From the NCBI GenBank assembly GCA_041660745.1, contig JBAZVT010000003.1:1880-65879 (forward strand): a DNA stretch of 64,000 nucleotides, in the 5' to 3' direction. The notes beneath the pieces were generated by a model. It was given only the letters and a program-made list of their open reading frames with translations, did no database searches and was not told where the DNA came from. The translations under genes were made by a program, and so were the position numbers. The DNA is from Minisyncoccota bacterium (GTDB lineage: Bacteria > Patescibacteriota > Minisyncoccia > Phycocordibacterales > JBAZVT01). Within the stretch, counting starts at the first letter, position 1; each line of letters starts with the position of its first letter. Below, piece after piece: positions 1 through 9,854 of this stretch.

Positions 1-117
1 TGAGTCCATACTGACACCTTCTTCGGTGACCATTCCAGTCTGGCGCATGAGGGCGTCGGTAAGGGTTGTCTTGCCGTGGTCAACGTGTGCGATGATTGCT
101 ATATTTCTGATTTCCAT
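1..117 (-). CDS. typA: Translational GTPase TypA/BipA, N-terminal 39 codons (the rest lies left of the window)
   Basis: Too short for the ORF track. Reverse translation from the ATG (CAT at 115-117) reads [48 protein letters not shown] is the G1 P-loop of EF-G-family GTPases, and [17 protein letters not shown] is the BipA-type N-terminus. Confidence 0.7.
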   Translation of the reverse strand, partial: MEIRNIAIIAHVDHGKTTLTDALMRQTGMVTEEGVSMDS

Positions 118-182
118 TTTGATAAAAAATACTTAAATTACGGAACTAAAAAAACGCCTCTCGGCTGTTTATGTGTGTATAA

Positions 183-1559
<1,377 letters not shown>

Positions 1560-1577
1560 AATTTTTTAGCAAAAAAA

Positions 1578-1606
1578 TGACCGCATTGTAAGCGGTCATT
1601 TTTTTT
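1578..1606 (+). terminator. Rho-independent terminator after eno
   Basis: Stem TGACCGC (1578-1584) pairs with GCGGTCA (1592-1598) and is followed by a T8 run. Confidence 0.8.
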
Positions 1607-1640
1607 GCTCATTTTTCCTTTTTTTCGTATACTTAAATAC

Positions 1641-3161
1641 ATGAAATCAAATCATGGGAAACAAACAGCCTTAATTGTTTTAGACGGGTGGGGCTATCGA
1701 GAAGAAACAAAAGACAATGCCATTGCGGCTGCAAAAAAGCCGAATTTTGATAGGTTGTGGAACATGTATCCTCATACTACCTTAGAGGCGAGCGGGCTCG
1801 CTGTGGGGCTTCCAGAAGGTCAAATGGGTAACAGTGAAGTCGGGCATACTACTATTGGTGCGGGGGCGATTATGGATACTGACTTGGTGAGAATTTCAAA
1901 ATCCGCTAATACTGGTGAGTTTGAAAAAAATCCCGCTTTCAGTACTCTTTTTGAACATGTAAAGAAAAATAATAGCACGTTACATTTTTGCGGACTTATT
2001 GGTCCAGGTGGCGTGCACGCACACAGCGAACATCTCTTTGCATTACTTCGCAGCGCAAAGAACTCGGGTCTTTCTAGAGTAACCGTGCATGCATTTATGG
2101 ATGGTAGGGACACACCCCCACAAAGTGGATCTGGATATCTCAAAGAGCTCGAAGAAAAAATTGCGGAAATTGGCGTGGGACATATTGCAACAGTTTCTGG
2201 TAGGTACTACGCAATGGATCGTGATAGTAATTGGGATCGATTGGCGCAAGCAGAGGCGGCGATATTCTTTGCAAAGGGGAATGAATTTTCTGGCTCCGCA
2301 TCAGCCTATATGGAGCTGCAATATCAGAATGCGGTTGTAGATGAACATGTGATTCCTGCGGTGTGTACAGATATTGGGGCGGGATCATCTATTATCGAAA
2401 AAAATGACGGTGTTTGCTTCTTCAATTTTCGTGCTGATCGTGCTCGCATGTTTACACGTCACTTGTCGGAGAAAATTGTTACTGAAAATTTATTCATAGC
2501 AACGATGACTGTATATGATGAGGCTGTACCTGTATCTGCCGTCGCTTTTCCTCCGATTTCTATTACTGAGACTCTTGCAAAATCTATTTCAGAAGCTGGG
2601 TTATCACAAGTACATGTTGCGGAAACAGAGAAATTTGCGCATGCGACATACTTCCTTAATGGTGGGCATGAGCAACCATATCCAGGGGAAGAACACGTGT
2701 TAATTCCAAGTCACAAAGATGTTGCGACACACGATCTTGCTCCAGAGATGCGTGCTGCGGAAATTGCAGATAAGGTTGTTGAATATATAGAAAAGGGAAC
2801 TGATTTTATTTTTATCAATTTTGCAAACCCAGACATGGTGGGGCATACAGCAAACGTCCCTGCGATTATTACTGCGATTGAGGCAGTGGATACTGTCTTA
2901 GGGAAAGTTATTACTGTCCTAGAAAGGAAAGGTGGAGTTGCTTTTATTACGGCAGATCACGGAAACGCAGAAGTGAATATTGATCCAGAAACAGGGAAGA
3001 GACATACTGCTCACACCACAAATCCTGTCCCGGCAATTCTTACAGAGGTGGGGACTGTTCTCCGGGATGGTTGTGGACTTTCACATATCGCCGCAACAGT
3101 TTTGCAGGTTATGGGTGTTGATGTGCCACGAGAGATGACGGGGAAGAGTTTGATTGGGTAA
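1641..3161 (+). CDS. gpmI: 2,3-bisphosphoglycerate-independent phosphoglycerate mutase
   Basis: Lies in ORF 1605..3161, with the likely start at Met 1641 (MKSNHGKQTALIVLDGWG). Motifs NSEVGHTTIGAG, FMDGRDTPP and TADHGNAE are typical of iPGM. Confidence 0.95.
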   Translation: MKSNHGKQTALIVLDGWGYREETKDNAIAAAKKPNFDRLWNMYPHTTLEASGLAVGLPEGQMGNSEVGHTTIGAGAIMDTDLVRISKSANTGEFEKNPAFSTLFEHVKKNNSTLHFCGLIGPGGVHAHSEHLFALLRSAKNSGLSRVTVHAFMDGRDTPPQSGSGYLKELEEKIAEIGVGHIATVSGRYYAMDRDSNWDRLAQAEAAIFFAKGNEFSGSASAYMELQYQNAVVDEHVIPAVCTDIGAGSSIIEKNDGVCFFNFRADRARMFTRHLSEKIVTENLFIATMTVYDEAVPVSAVAFPPISITETLAKSISEAGLSQVHVAETEKFAHATYFLNGGHEQPYPGEEHVLIPSHKDVATHDLAPEMRAAEIADKVVEYIEKGTDFIFINFANPDMVGHTANVPAIITAIEAVDTVLGKVITVLERKGGVAFITADHGNAEVNIDPETGKRHTAHTTNPVPAILTEVGTVLRDGCGLSHIAATVLQVMGVDVPREMTGKSLIG

Positions 3162-3188
3162 TGTTGGACGTGTATAAAAAATCTAAAA

Positions 3189-3220
3189 ACCTCAAGATTG
3201 TTGGTCTTGGGGTTTTGTGT
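3189..3220 (+). terminator. Rho-independent terminator after gpmI
   Basis: ACCTCAAGA pairs with TCTTGGGGT (one G-U pair) and is followed by a T-rich tail. Confidence 0.6.
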
Positions 3221-3233
3221 TTAGCGGTTGATT

Positions 3234-3345
3234 ATGAAGAAAAAATAACAGGTGTCTTCATGATTCCTACATGATTAGTGGCTCAAAATATGATGTAATA
3301 GGGTGCCCCTTGTTTTTCATGAAGATTATTCATATAATCTTCATG
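3234..3345 (+). promoter_or_regulatory. Cluster of ATGAAG / CTTCAT inverted repeats and TTCAT direct repeats upstream of the response regulator gene
   Basis: ATGAAG at 3234 pairs with CTTCATG at 3255. CATGAAG at 3318 pairs with CTTCATG at 3339 as a perfect 12-bp palindrome, CATGAAGATTAT..ATAATCTTCATG. TTCAT occurs at 3316, 3329 and 3340, spaced 11-13 bp. All lie 45-160 bp upstream of the ATG at 3391. Confidence 0.4.
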
Positions 3346-3390
3346 TGATATTCCTACTGTAGAAGAGTAATAGTTTAATATACATTTTAT

Positions 3391-4059
3391 ATGCGAATAC
3401 TAATTGTTGATGATGATGAGAGTATGGGCAAGATGCTCCAAAAGGGTTTAGAAAAAATGGGTTACGCCGCAGATTATCTTTCAGATCCGGAATTGGCAGA
3501 ACGCCGTCTAAGTGTTTCTCATATGGATTATGACGCTGTTATTCTAGACCTCATGATGCCTAAGAAGACTGGTTTTGAAGTTGCAAAAAGTCTTCGTTCT
3601 CAGAAGATTGGTATTCCTATTCTTGTCCTCTCTGGCAAGTATGATATCAATGACAAGGTTGCTGCCCTTGATAGTGGGGCAGATGACTATATGGTTAAGC
3701 CATTTTCTCTTGATGAAGTTGTTGCTCGTATTAGAGCGTTGCTACGTCGTCCAAAAGAAGTGATTCCTGAAGTAATGCATACACGAAACATTACTCTTGA
3801 CCCAGCAACGCGCACTGTTACGGTGAACAACAAAGCAATTGAGCTGACTGTAAAGGAGTTCTCCCTCTTAGAATATTTAATGCGTCATCCTGGACAAGTA
3901 GTAAATCGTAATCAAATTCTTGACCATCTTTGGGGTTTTGATTTTGACTCATTTTCAAACGTTGTTGATGTGCATGTGAAAAACCTGCGTCGTAAGCTTG
4001 GTGGTGCAAAGTCGCCAATAGAAACCATTCGTGGTGTGGGGTATAGGATTAAGACTTAA
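3391..4059 (+). CDS. OmpR/PhoB-family response regulator (receiver plus winged-helix DNA-binding domain)
   Basis: Receiver motifs MRILIVDDD, ILDLMMP (phospho-Asp) and MVKPF. The C-terminal trans_reg_C region is LTVKEFSLLEYLM...IRGVGYRI. Confidence 0.93.
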   Translation: MRILIVDDDESMGKMLQKGLEKMGYAADYLSDPELAERRLSVSHMDYDAVILDLMMPKKTGFEVAKSLRSQKIGIPILVLSGKYDINDKVAALDSGADDYMVKPFSLDEVVARIRALLRRPKEVIPEVMHTRNITLDPATRTVTVNNKAIELTVKEFSLLEYLMRHPGQVVNRNQILDHLWGFDFDSFSNVVDVHVKNLRRKLGGAKSPIETIRGVGYRIKT

Positions 4060-4092
4060 TATAGAGTAATAGGATAAAGAGTAATTAAGCAG

Positions 4093-4140
4093 GCAAGACA
4101 AGCCGCGCCCCGCAAGGGCGCGGCTTGTCTTGCTATTTTC
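4093..4140 (+). terminator. Rho-independent terminator after the response regulator
   Basis: A 17-bp GC-rich stem, GCAAGACAAGCCGCGCC paired with GGCGCGGCTTGTCTTGC, followed by TATTTTC. Confidence 0.8.
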
Positions 4141-4186
4141 TCCTTACGTTGCATACTATTTTGAGATATTTGATTTGTCTGTATAA

Positions 4187-5326
4187 TTGCTTCAAATGGC
4201 TTCAGAGAATCTTCACGGAAGAAAAATTTTTAATCATGCAGGAAGTATCGCTGCGAGTAGTTTTTTTCTTTTTATAGCATTGGGCGCTCTCGCTGTTTGC
4301 GCTTTTTTTGCAGAAAGTGTGTTTGAGCAGATTAAGGCAAAAGCTGCTACTGCCTCGGCCAGCCCTTTGGTAAAATTTAAAACAGACTCTGGCAAAAAAC
4401 CTCAATTTATTCTTCTTGGTTTTGATGGATCACGTTCTCTGGATGCGTGGGAAAAGATTCTAGATTTTTCGCAAGAAATGAAGGGGATTGGTACACATGT
4501 TAATTTTACTTTTTTTATAAGCGGAGTGTATTTATTGGATGAACAGAATAAAGATATATACAAAGATCCACTTGGAAGCATTGGGCGGTCTCTTATTGGT
4601 TTTGGAAGATCAGATGACATTGCTCCGCGGGTATCTTTTATTAATAGGGCAATTACTGATGGGCATGAAATCGGTTCTCACGCCAATGGGCATTTTAGTG
4701 GGCATCGGTGGACGTTTGAACAATGGATGCAAGAATTTACATCTTTTAATTTTTTGATTGATGCCATTAAAACAAATAACAGTAATTTGGTTTTACGCGA
4801 ATCTTTGCGAGTTTCCTCGGGCGACATTATTGGTTTCCGTGCACCAGAACTCGCTACCAATGTAAACATGTATCACGCGCTAGCCTCATCAAGTTTTGTG
4901 TATGATGCAAGTGGTATCTCACAAAAAACAGATTGGCCAAAACGAGATAAATTCGGTATATGGCATATTCCATTGTCTACTATTTTCTTGAATCCGGGTC
5001 GTATTCCTACTATTACTATGGATTATAGTGTTTTTATGACTCAAACAGACGCTCAGGACACTGTCTTGAAAGATTCTCCTGAGTGGATGAGACTATATGA
5101 ACAGTTGTCTGGTGCGTACCGGGAATTGTTTGATGGTGTATATGACGGCGGAAGAGAGCCTATTGCTATTGGACATCATTTCTCGGAATGGAATAGTGGG
5201 GTGTACTGGGAAGTTATGAAAGATTTTATTCGTGAAGAATGCGGAAAACCAGAAGTTAATTGTGTGACATACAAGGAGTTGGTGGGGTATATGGAGGCAC
5301 AAGAAAAGAGTCTGGTGAGTTTATAA
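4187..5326 (+). CDS. Membrane-anchored polysaccharide deacetylase-like protein (NodB-type fold)
   Basis: N-terminal TM segment (SSFFLFIALGALAVCAFFA). LLGFDGS and GHEIGSHANGH resemble the Asp and His-His metal motifs of carbohydrate esterase 4 deacetylases. Confidence 0.6.
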   Translation: MLQMASENLHGRKIFNHAGSIAASSFFLFIALGALAVCAFFAESVFEQIKAKAATASASPLVKFKTDSGKKPQFILLGFDGSRSLDAWEKILDFSQEMKGIGTHVNFTFFISGVYLLDEQNKDIYKDPLGSIGRSLIGFGRSDDIAPRVSFINRAITDGHEIGSHANGHFSGHRWTFEQWMQEFTSFNFLIDAIKTNNSNLVLRESLRVSSGDIIGFRAPELATNVNMYHALASSSFVYDASGISQKTDWPKRDKFGIWHIPLSTIFLNPGRIPTITMDYSVFMTQTDAQDTVLKDSPEWMRLYEQLSGAYRELFDGVYDGGREPIAIGHHFSEWNSGVYWEVMKDFIREECGKPEVNCVTYKELVGYMEAQEKSLVSL

Positions 5327-5350
5327 AAAGAGTGGAAATATCCACTCTTT

Positions 5351-6475
5351 TTATTTTATTTTTTTTGCTGAGTCTTTAATGTTGGGAAGCAGAATAAAAA
5401 ATGTTGTTCCGGCGTGGACTTTTGAGGTAAACCATATTGTCCCGCCCATTTTATCAATAATCGTTTTTACAATATATAGACCCAAGCCCGTTCCTTCTAC
5501 CTTCATGTTTTTGATATTTTTTGCACGATATAGTTTGGTAAATATATTTTTTTGTTCGTGAACGGGGATACCGTAACCATTATCTTTTATGGTAACTAAG
5601 ATCCCATTTTTAATTGACATTTTTTTAGACTGAGTGCAGTGTTGTTGGACTTCAATGGTAACTTTTCCTTTGGTGGGGGTGTATTTTAAGGCGTTTGAAA
5701 TGATATTTTGGATGACAATTCTAGTCAATTTCTCATCAATATTTAACACAGAGTCTTTTAGGTGGGATATAAATTGGAAGTGTATGTTTTTTTCTTTCGC
5801 AATATGATACTGCTCATGCATAATATCTTCGATCATTTTTTCTATATCAGTTTCGTGTGCTTCAATAGAAAATGTTCCTCCTTCAATTTTTGAAATATCG
5901 AGGAGGTTGTTGACCAAATCTGTAAGTTTGTGATTGCTGTCGTGGATTTCTCGGATGTATTCTTTTTGTTCATCCGTCATATTCATGGTTGGGTCGAGAA
6001 GCATTTCTGCGCTCATATTGATAACGGAAAGTGGCCCTCTGAATTGATGTGAAAGGAATGAAATAAATTCGGTTTTTGCTTTATCAATTTCTTTTTCTCG
6101 CGTAATATCCCGTTCTATAGCGAGGAAAAATCTTACATTTCCTTTTGAATCTATAATGGGAGATAGGTGCATTTGTGCTATGTATGTAGAACCATTTTTT
6201 CTTCGGTTCGTGATTTCATATGAGAAATTCTTTTTTTCAATAAGAATTGTCTTCCACAATTCTTTATAAAAATTCTGTGGCATGACTCCGCCCCAAAGTG
6301 ATGGTTTGTGTCCAATGATTTCCTCTTTTGTATATCCCGTCATCTTTTCGCCGACGTGATTTACATAAATGATAGTCCCTTCTTTGTCCGTAATAAAAAT
6401 ATGGTCAAACGCTTGTTCAACAGCGTTCTTAAATAGTTCTGACGAAATTGTGTTGGTAGGTTCGTTCATAGACAA
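5351..6475 (-). CDS. PAS-domain sensor histidine kinase (cytoplasmic, no TM segment seen)
   Basis: PAS-like N-terminus, H-box SFLSHQFRGPL, N box NALKYTP, G boxes DNGYGIP and GTGLGLYIV. Confidence 0.92.
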   Translation of the reverse strand: MSMNEPTNTISSELFKNAVEQAFDHIFITDKEGTIIYVNHVGEKMTGYTKEEIIGHKPSLWGGVMPQNFYKELWKTILIEKKNFSYEITNRRKNGSTYIAQMHLSPIIDSKGNVRFFLAIERDITREKEIDKAKTEFISFLSHQFRGPLSVINMSAEMLLDPTMNMTDEQKEYIREIHDSNHKLTDLVNNLLDISKIEGGTFSIEAHETDIEKMIEDIMHEQYHIAKEKNIHFQFISHLKDSVLNIDEKLTRIVIQNIISNALKYTPTKGKVTIEVQQHCTQSKKMSIKNGILVTIKDNGYGIPVHEQKNIFTKLYRAKNIKNMKVEGTGLGLYIVKTIIDKMGGTIWFTSKVHAGTTFFILLPNIKDSAKKIK

Positions 6476-6600
6476 GTTCTTTTTTTATGCCAATAAGTCA
6501 TTATTAAGAAATTGTTTCAGAATTATGAAGATGTAGTATTGTATCTATGTGGCTAAATTAAGCCATATAACGTAATTTATTAATACAGTTTTACTATATA

Positions 6601-6640
6601 CATGAAGTATGTGATTTCTGTGTTTATTGTATACTTCATG
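6601..6640. promoter_or_regulatory. CATGAAG...CTTCATG inverted repeat in the kinase/truB divergent promoter region
   Basis: CATGAAGTAT (6601-6610) pairs with ATACTTCATG (6631-6640). The arm motif is the same as upstream of the response regulator gene. ATGTGATTTCT inside it resembles ATGTGATATTCCT at 3342-3354. Confidence 0.35.
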
Positions 6641-6683
6641 AGAATAAATTGCAACTTTGTCAATAGCACGTTAGTATAAACTC

Positions 6684-7322
6684 ATGAAAGATGGAGATAT
6701 TGTTTTGGTTGATAAGCCGAAGGGTATTACATCGTTTGATGTGATACGGAAGTTGTGGCGAACATATGGAAAGATGAAAATGGGGCATGCGGGGACACTT
6801 GATCCAAATGCAACTGGTCTCATGATACTTGCAGTTGGGTCTGCAACAAAGCGCTTAAATGAATTTTTGAAACTGCCCAAGTGTTATGAGGCAGAAATAC
6901 AGTTCGGTATACAGACTGACAGTGGCGATTGCACAGGGAAGATTATTGCAACTACAGATACTGAAGGTCTATCCACACAGCGAATTACAGATACTCTTGT
7001 GGGGATGAAAGGAACACTTGAACTTGCAGTGCCAATGTACTCGGCAATAAAAAAAGATGGGAAAGCGTTGTATGCGTATGCTCGTGCCGGAGAAGCTGTG
7101 GTGGTTCCTGTAAAACCGATGACTATTCGTAATGCGCATTGGGATGGGTATGATTCGGTGACAGCTCGAGCAAAAGTATTCTTTGATGTGGAAAGCGGGA
7201 CGTATATTCGTACCCTTGCAGAGGAATTAGGAAGACGAATGAATACTGTTGCGACATTGGTTGAGCTTCGTCGGCTTTCAATTGGAGAATATAAAGTTGA
7301 AGGTGCTTTAAAATTGGAATAA
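6684..7322 (+). CDS. truB: tRNA pseudouridine-55 synthase TruB (short form, no obvious PUA domain)
   Basis: LVDKPKGITSFDV and GHAGTLDPNATG (catalytic Asp motif). Confidence 0.92.
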   Translation: MKDGDIVLVDKPKGITSFDVIRKLWRTYGKMKMGHAGTLDPNATGLMILAVGSATKRLNEFLKLPKCYEAEIQFGIQTDSGDCTGKIIATTDTEGLSTQRITDTLVGMKGTLELAVPMYSAIKKDGKALYAYARAGEAVVVPVKPMTIRNAHWDGYDSVTARAKVFFDVESGTYIRTLAEELGRRMNTVATLVELRRLSIGEYKVEGALKLE

Positions 7323-7335
7323 TAAAGGGTATCCA

Positions 7336-7362
7336 CTCCAGGGCAGATCCCTGGACCATTTT
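7336..7362 (+). terminator. Terminator after truB
   Basis: TCCAGGG pairs with CCCTGGA (loop CAGAT), followed by CCATTTTTGG. Confidence 0.6.
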
Positions 7363-7402
7363 TGGAATTCGCAGACTCGCCCAAAACTATAGCAGAGCTA
7401 TA

Positions 7403-7482
7403 GGGTATTTACCCTTTGATGCCTTCCTCGGCTCGGAAGTGAGAAAGGGGACTTTCTCACTTCACTCACTCTACGTCAGCAA
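7403..7482 (+). repeat. Intergenic structured repeat, family A, copy 1
   Basis: GGGTATTTACCCTTTGATGCCTTCCTCGGCTC, then the 12-bp hairpin GAAGTGAGAAAG/CTTTCTCACTTC, then CTCTACGTCAGCAA. Homologous to 30238-30320 (reverse orientation) and 60875-60935. Confidence 0.85.
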
Positions 7483-7490
7483 TAAGAGTC

Positions 7491-8213
7491 TTAGAAGGTC
7501 TTTTTAATGTATACGAGGTACTCTATATTGCCAGTTCCGCCAATAATAGGAGATTGGATTGATTCCCATTCTGATAGGTGGTTTGCAGTCGTCCAGGCGT
7601 GAATTTTCTCAAGTGCAGAATTGCGGGCGTTTTTGTCAGTCACAACGCCCTGTCTGTTGAGATTGTCTTGTCCCACTTCAAATTGTGGTTTTACAAGGGC
7701 TATAATTTCGGCATCGTTTTTTAATAATGTCAGTACTGCAGGTAGGACTTGTGTCAGGGAAATAAAAGAAACGTCTATGACTGCGAGATCAACCAGCTCG
7801 GGTAGTTGTACTTTCCTCACATCCATCTGTTCTAGGGTGATGACGCGCGAATCATTTCGTAGTGAAGCATCAAGTTGGTTTGTGCCGACATCAATGGCAT
7901 ATACTTTTTGTGCCCCCGCTTGCAATAGGCAGTCTGTAAAACCTCCGGTTGATGATCCGATATCTGCCACTACATATCCTGATGGTTTTACAGAAAATAC
8001 TTCTAAAGCTTTCTGTAATTTTTCACCACCACGACTCACAAAAGGAAGAGGTTTTATGATATGTATATCTAACTCCTCTTCAATTTCCTCGCTTGGTTTT
8101 ATAATTGATTTGTTATTAATGGTTACCAGGCCGCGTTTAATAAGCTCGGCTGCGGCGGTGCGAGAACGACAAAGCCCTTTTTTAAACATGAGAACATCGA
8201 CTCTTTTTTTCAT
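7491..8213 (-). CDS. tlyA: TlyA-family rRNA 2'-O-methyltransferase (S4 domain plus FtsJ-like methyltransferase)
   Basis: S4-like N-terminus (RTAAAELIKRGLVTINNK), VSRGGEKL, and the SAM motif ADIGSSTGGFTDCLLQ. Confidence 0.9.
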   Translation of the reverse strand: MKKRVDVLMFKKGLCRSRTAAAELIKRGLVTINNKSIIKPSEEIEEELDIHIIKPLPFVSRGGEKLQKALEVFSVKPSGYVVADIGSSTGGFTDCLLQAGAQKVYAIDVGTNQLDASLRNDSRVITLEQMDVRKVQLPELVDLAVIDVSFISLTQVLPAVLTLLKNDAEIIALVKPQFEVGQDNLNRQGVVTDKNARNSALEKIHAWTTANHLSEWESIQSPIIGGTGNIEYLVYIKKTF

Positions 8214-8306
8214 CAGTAACCAGCATACCGTAAATTTTCTGTAAAATCTAATCCTGAGCTAAAATATAACTATTTTACTACTTTCATTTTTGTACTTGAA
8301 TTTGGG

Positions 8307-8315
8307 TGGTATAAT
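8307..8315 (+). promoter_or_regulatory. Extended -10 element TGgTATAAT immediately upstream of the sigma-factor ATG
   Basis: TGGTATAAT at 8307-8315. The ATG codons at 8320 and 8323 lie only 4-7 nt downstream, which implies a leaderless or near-leaderless mRNA. Confidence 0.4.
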
Positions 8316-8319
8316 CCAC

Positions 8320-8886
8320 ATGATGGAAAAAACCGATGAAGAACTTGTCAAAGAGTATAATGTCACCGGGGACACAGATGTATTTGAGGTGCTTGTGAGG
8401 CGGTATGGTAAGTCTATATATAATTTTATCTATCGATATGTTGGCGCTGATTCTTACTCGAATGATTTGGCTCAAGATACGTTTGTAAAAATGTGGAAGA
8501 ATATAAAAAAATTTGATGGTAATAAACGATTTAAAACATGGATATTCCAGATTGCAAAAAATACCGCTTTAGATTGGCTAAAGTCGAAACATTCAAAAAC
8601 TTTTTCTGAGATTGAGGCTCTTATGGGTCTCGACGAGGAGTATTTGTTTGAGGTTATTGATACCGAACCTCTTCCTGATGAGTTAGTGGGAAGAAAGGAA
8701 TTAAAAAAAGAAGTTGAGCAAGCTCTTGTAAATATTAATCCAGAATATCGTGCTGTTGTTTCTTTGCATATTTTTTCAGATCTTACGTTTCAAGAGATAT
8801 CAGATATTACAGGGGTGTCAGTGCATACAGTAAAAAGTCGTTATAGGAGGGCACTCATAATGCTTAAAAAACATCTTATGCCGTAG
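8320..8886 (+). CDS. ECF-type RNA polymerase sigma-70 family factor
   Basis: Lies in ORF 8290..8886, with the likely start at MMEKTDEEL (8320). Region 2 is DLAQDTFVKMW and region 4 HTH is FQEISDITGVSVHTVKSRYRRAL. Confidence 0.88.
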   Translation: MMEKTDEELVKEYNVTGDTDVFEVLVRRYGKSIYNFIYRYVGADSYSNDLAQDTFVKMWKNIKKFDGNKRFKTWIFQIAKNTALDWLKSKHSKTFSEIEALMGLDEEYLFEVIDTEPLPDELVGRKELKKEVEQALVNINPEYRAVVSLHIFSDLTFQEISDITGVSVHTVKSRYRRALIMLKKHLMP

Positions 8887-8921
8887 TGCACCAAAGCCTT
8901 CCTCTGTGTCGTACTATAAAC

Positions 8922-9329
8922 ATGAATGAATATGAGAAATTAATTCAATGTATACCAGATATACACCCCAGGGAAGATTTTGTGGAGGTGGTTATGTTAC
9001 GAGTTAAAAAAGAATTATACATGCGAGCATGGAGACGTTTTGTTACCGGTTCGTTTTTTGCGGTAGCTTCTTTTGTGGCTCTCGTTCCTGCGGTTGTACA
9101 GTTGTACTCCACATGGTTTCAGTCTGGTTCCGCAGAGATAATCTCCCTTGTTTTTTCAGATTTTACTATCGTGACTACCTACTGGAAAGAATTTCTGCTG
9201 TCGTTTGTAGAATCGGTGCCATTTATTCCTTTTGTGGCGGTGTTGGCTTCAGTGTGGGTATTTCTCGTTTCGGTGAGAAGTTTGTTTAAAATACCGACAA
9301 AATCTTTTGGCTTGTTATTCAATAAGTAA
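8922..9329 (+). CDS. Putative anti-sigma factor / multi-pass membrane protein
   Basis: Lies immediately downstream of the ECF sigma gene. Has a short cytoplasmic N-terminus followed by 3-4 hydrophobic segments. Assigned by position only. Confidence 0.45.
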   Translation: MNEYEKLIQCIPDIHPREDFVEVVMLRVKKELYMRAWRRFVTGSFFAVASFVALVPAVVQLYSTWFQSGSAEIISLVFSDFTIVTTYWKEFLLSFVESVPFIPFVAVLASVWVFLVSVRSLFKIPTKSFGLLFNK

Positions 9330-9339
9330 TTATTATCAT

Positions 9340-9852
9340 ATGGATTTAGATATAAAAAAGGGAGTTCAGTCAAAAACATTTAAATGGGTTTTGTATAGCA
9401 TAGGAATTTTTCTTATATTAGTTATTGTTTTTCGTGCAGGTATGTTCGTTGGCTTTTATCAGGCGAAATTCTTGGGTAATTGGAATAATAATTATTCTAA
9501 TAATTTTATTGGTCCACGAGAAGGCTTTGGAAGAATGGGACCTGGTGGCACAATGGATTTTAGAGATGACGCCTTTTTTAATTCTCACGGTGTTGTGGGA
9601 TCTGTCTTAAAGACGGCATCCTCATCTTTTATTATTGTGGGGAATGACGGTGTTGAGAAAAAGGTTATTGTTGGTAAAGAAACATCGATACGAAAATTTC
9701 GAGATGAGATTAAGGTTTCGGACATTATTGTTGATGATCAGGTTGTTGTTTTTGGGGCTCCCAATAGCGCTGGACAGATTGAAGCTCGACTTATAAGGAT
9801 TGCACCCATGCCAATGAATGGAAAAGCTTTGCCAAAATCATTTATTCAATAA
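9340..9852 (+). CDS. Hypothetical single-pass membrane protein
   Basis: Lies in ORF 9307..9852, with the likely start at MDLDIKKG. Has a TM segment (WVLYSIGIFLILVIVF) and then a beta-rich extracytoplasmic domain. No family recognised. Confidence 0.6.
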   Translation: MDLDIKKGVQSKTFKWVLYSIGIFLILVIVFRAGMFVGFYQAKFLGNWNNNYSNNFIGPREGFGRMGPGGTMDFRDDAFFNSHGVVGSVLKTASSSFIIVGNDGVEKKVIVGKETSIRKFRDEIKVSDIIVDDQVVVFGAPNSAGQIEARLIRIAPMPMNGKALPKSFIQ

Positions 9853-9854
9853 GT

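Noticed and set aside
7621-8244. Long antisense ORFs overlapping well-supported genes: 7621..8244 opposite tlyA, 6884..7384 opposite truB, 33592..34254 opposite the GT4 gene, 14139..14570, 15348..15815, 26120..26408, 27111..27533, 36436..36873, 54878..55369 and 59882..60424.
   Set aside because: They are shadow ORFs. The opposite strand carries recognisable conserved proteins, and the shadow translations are low-complexity with no motifs.
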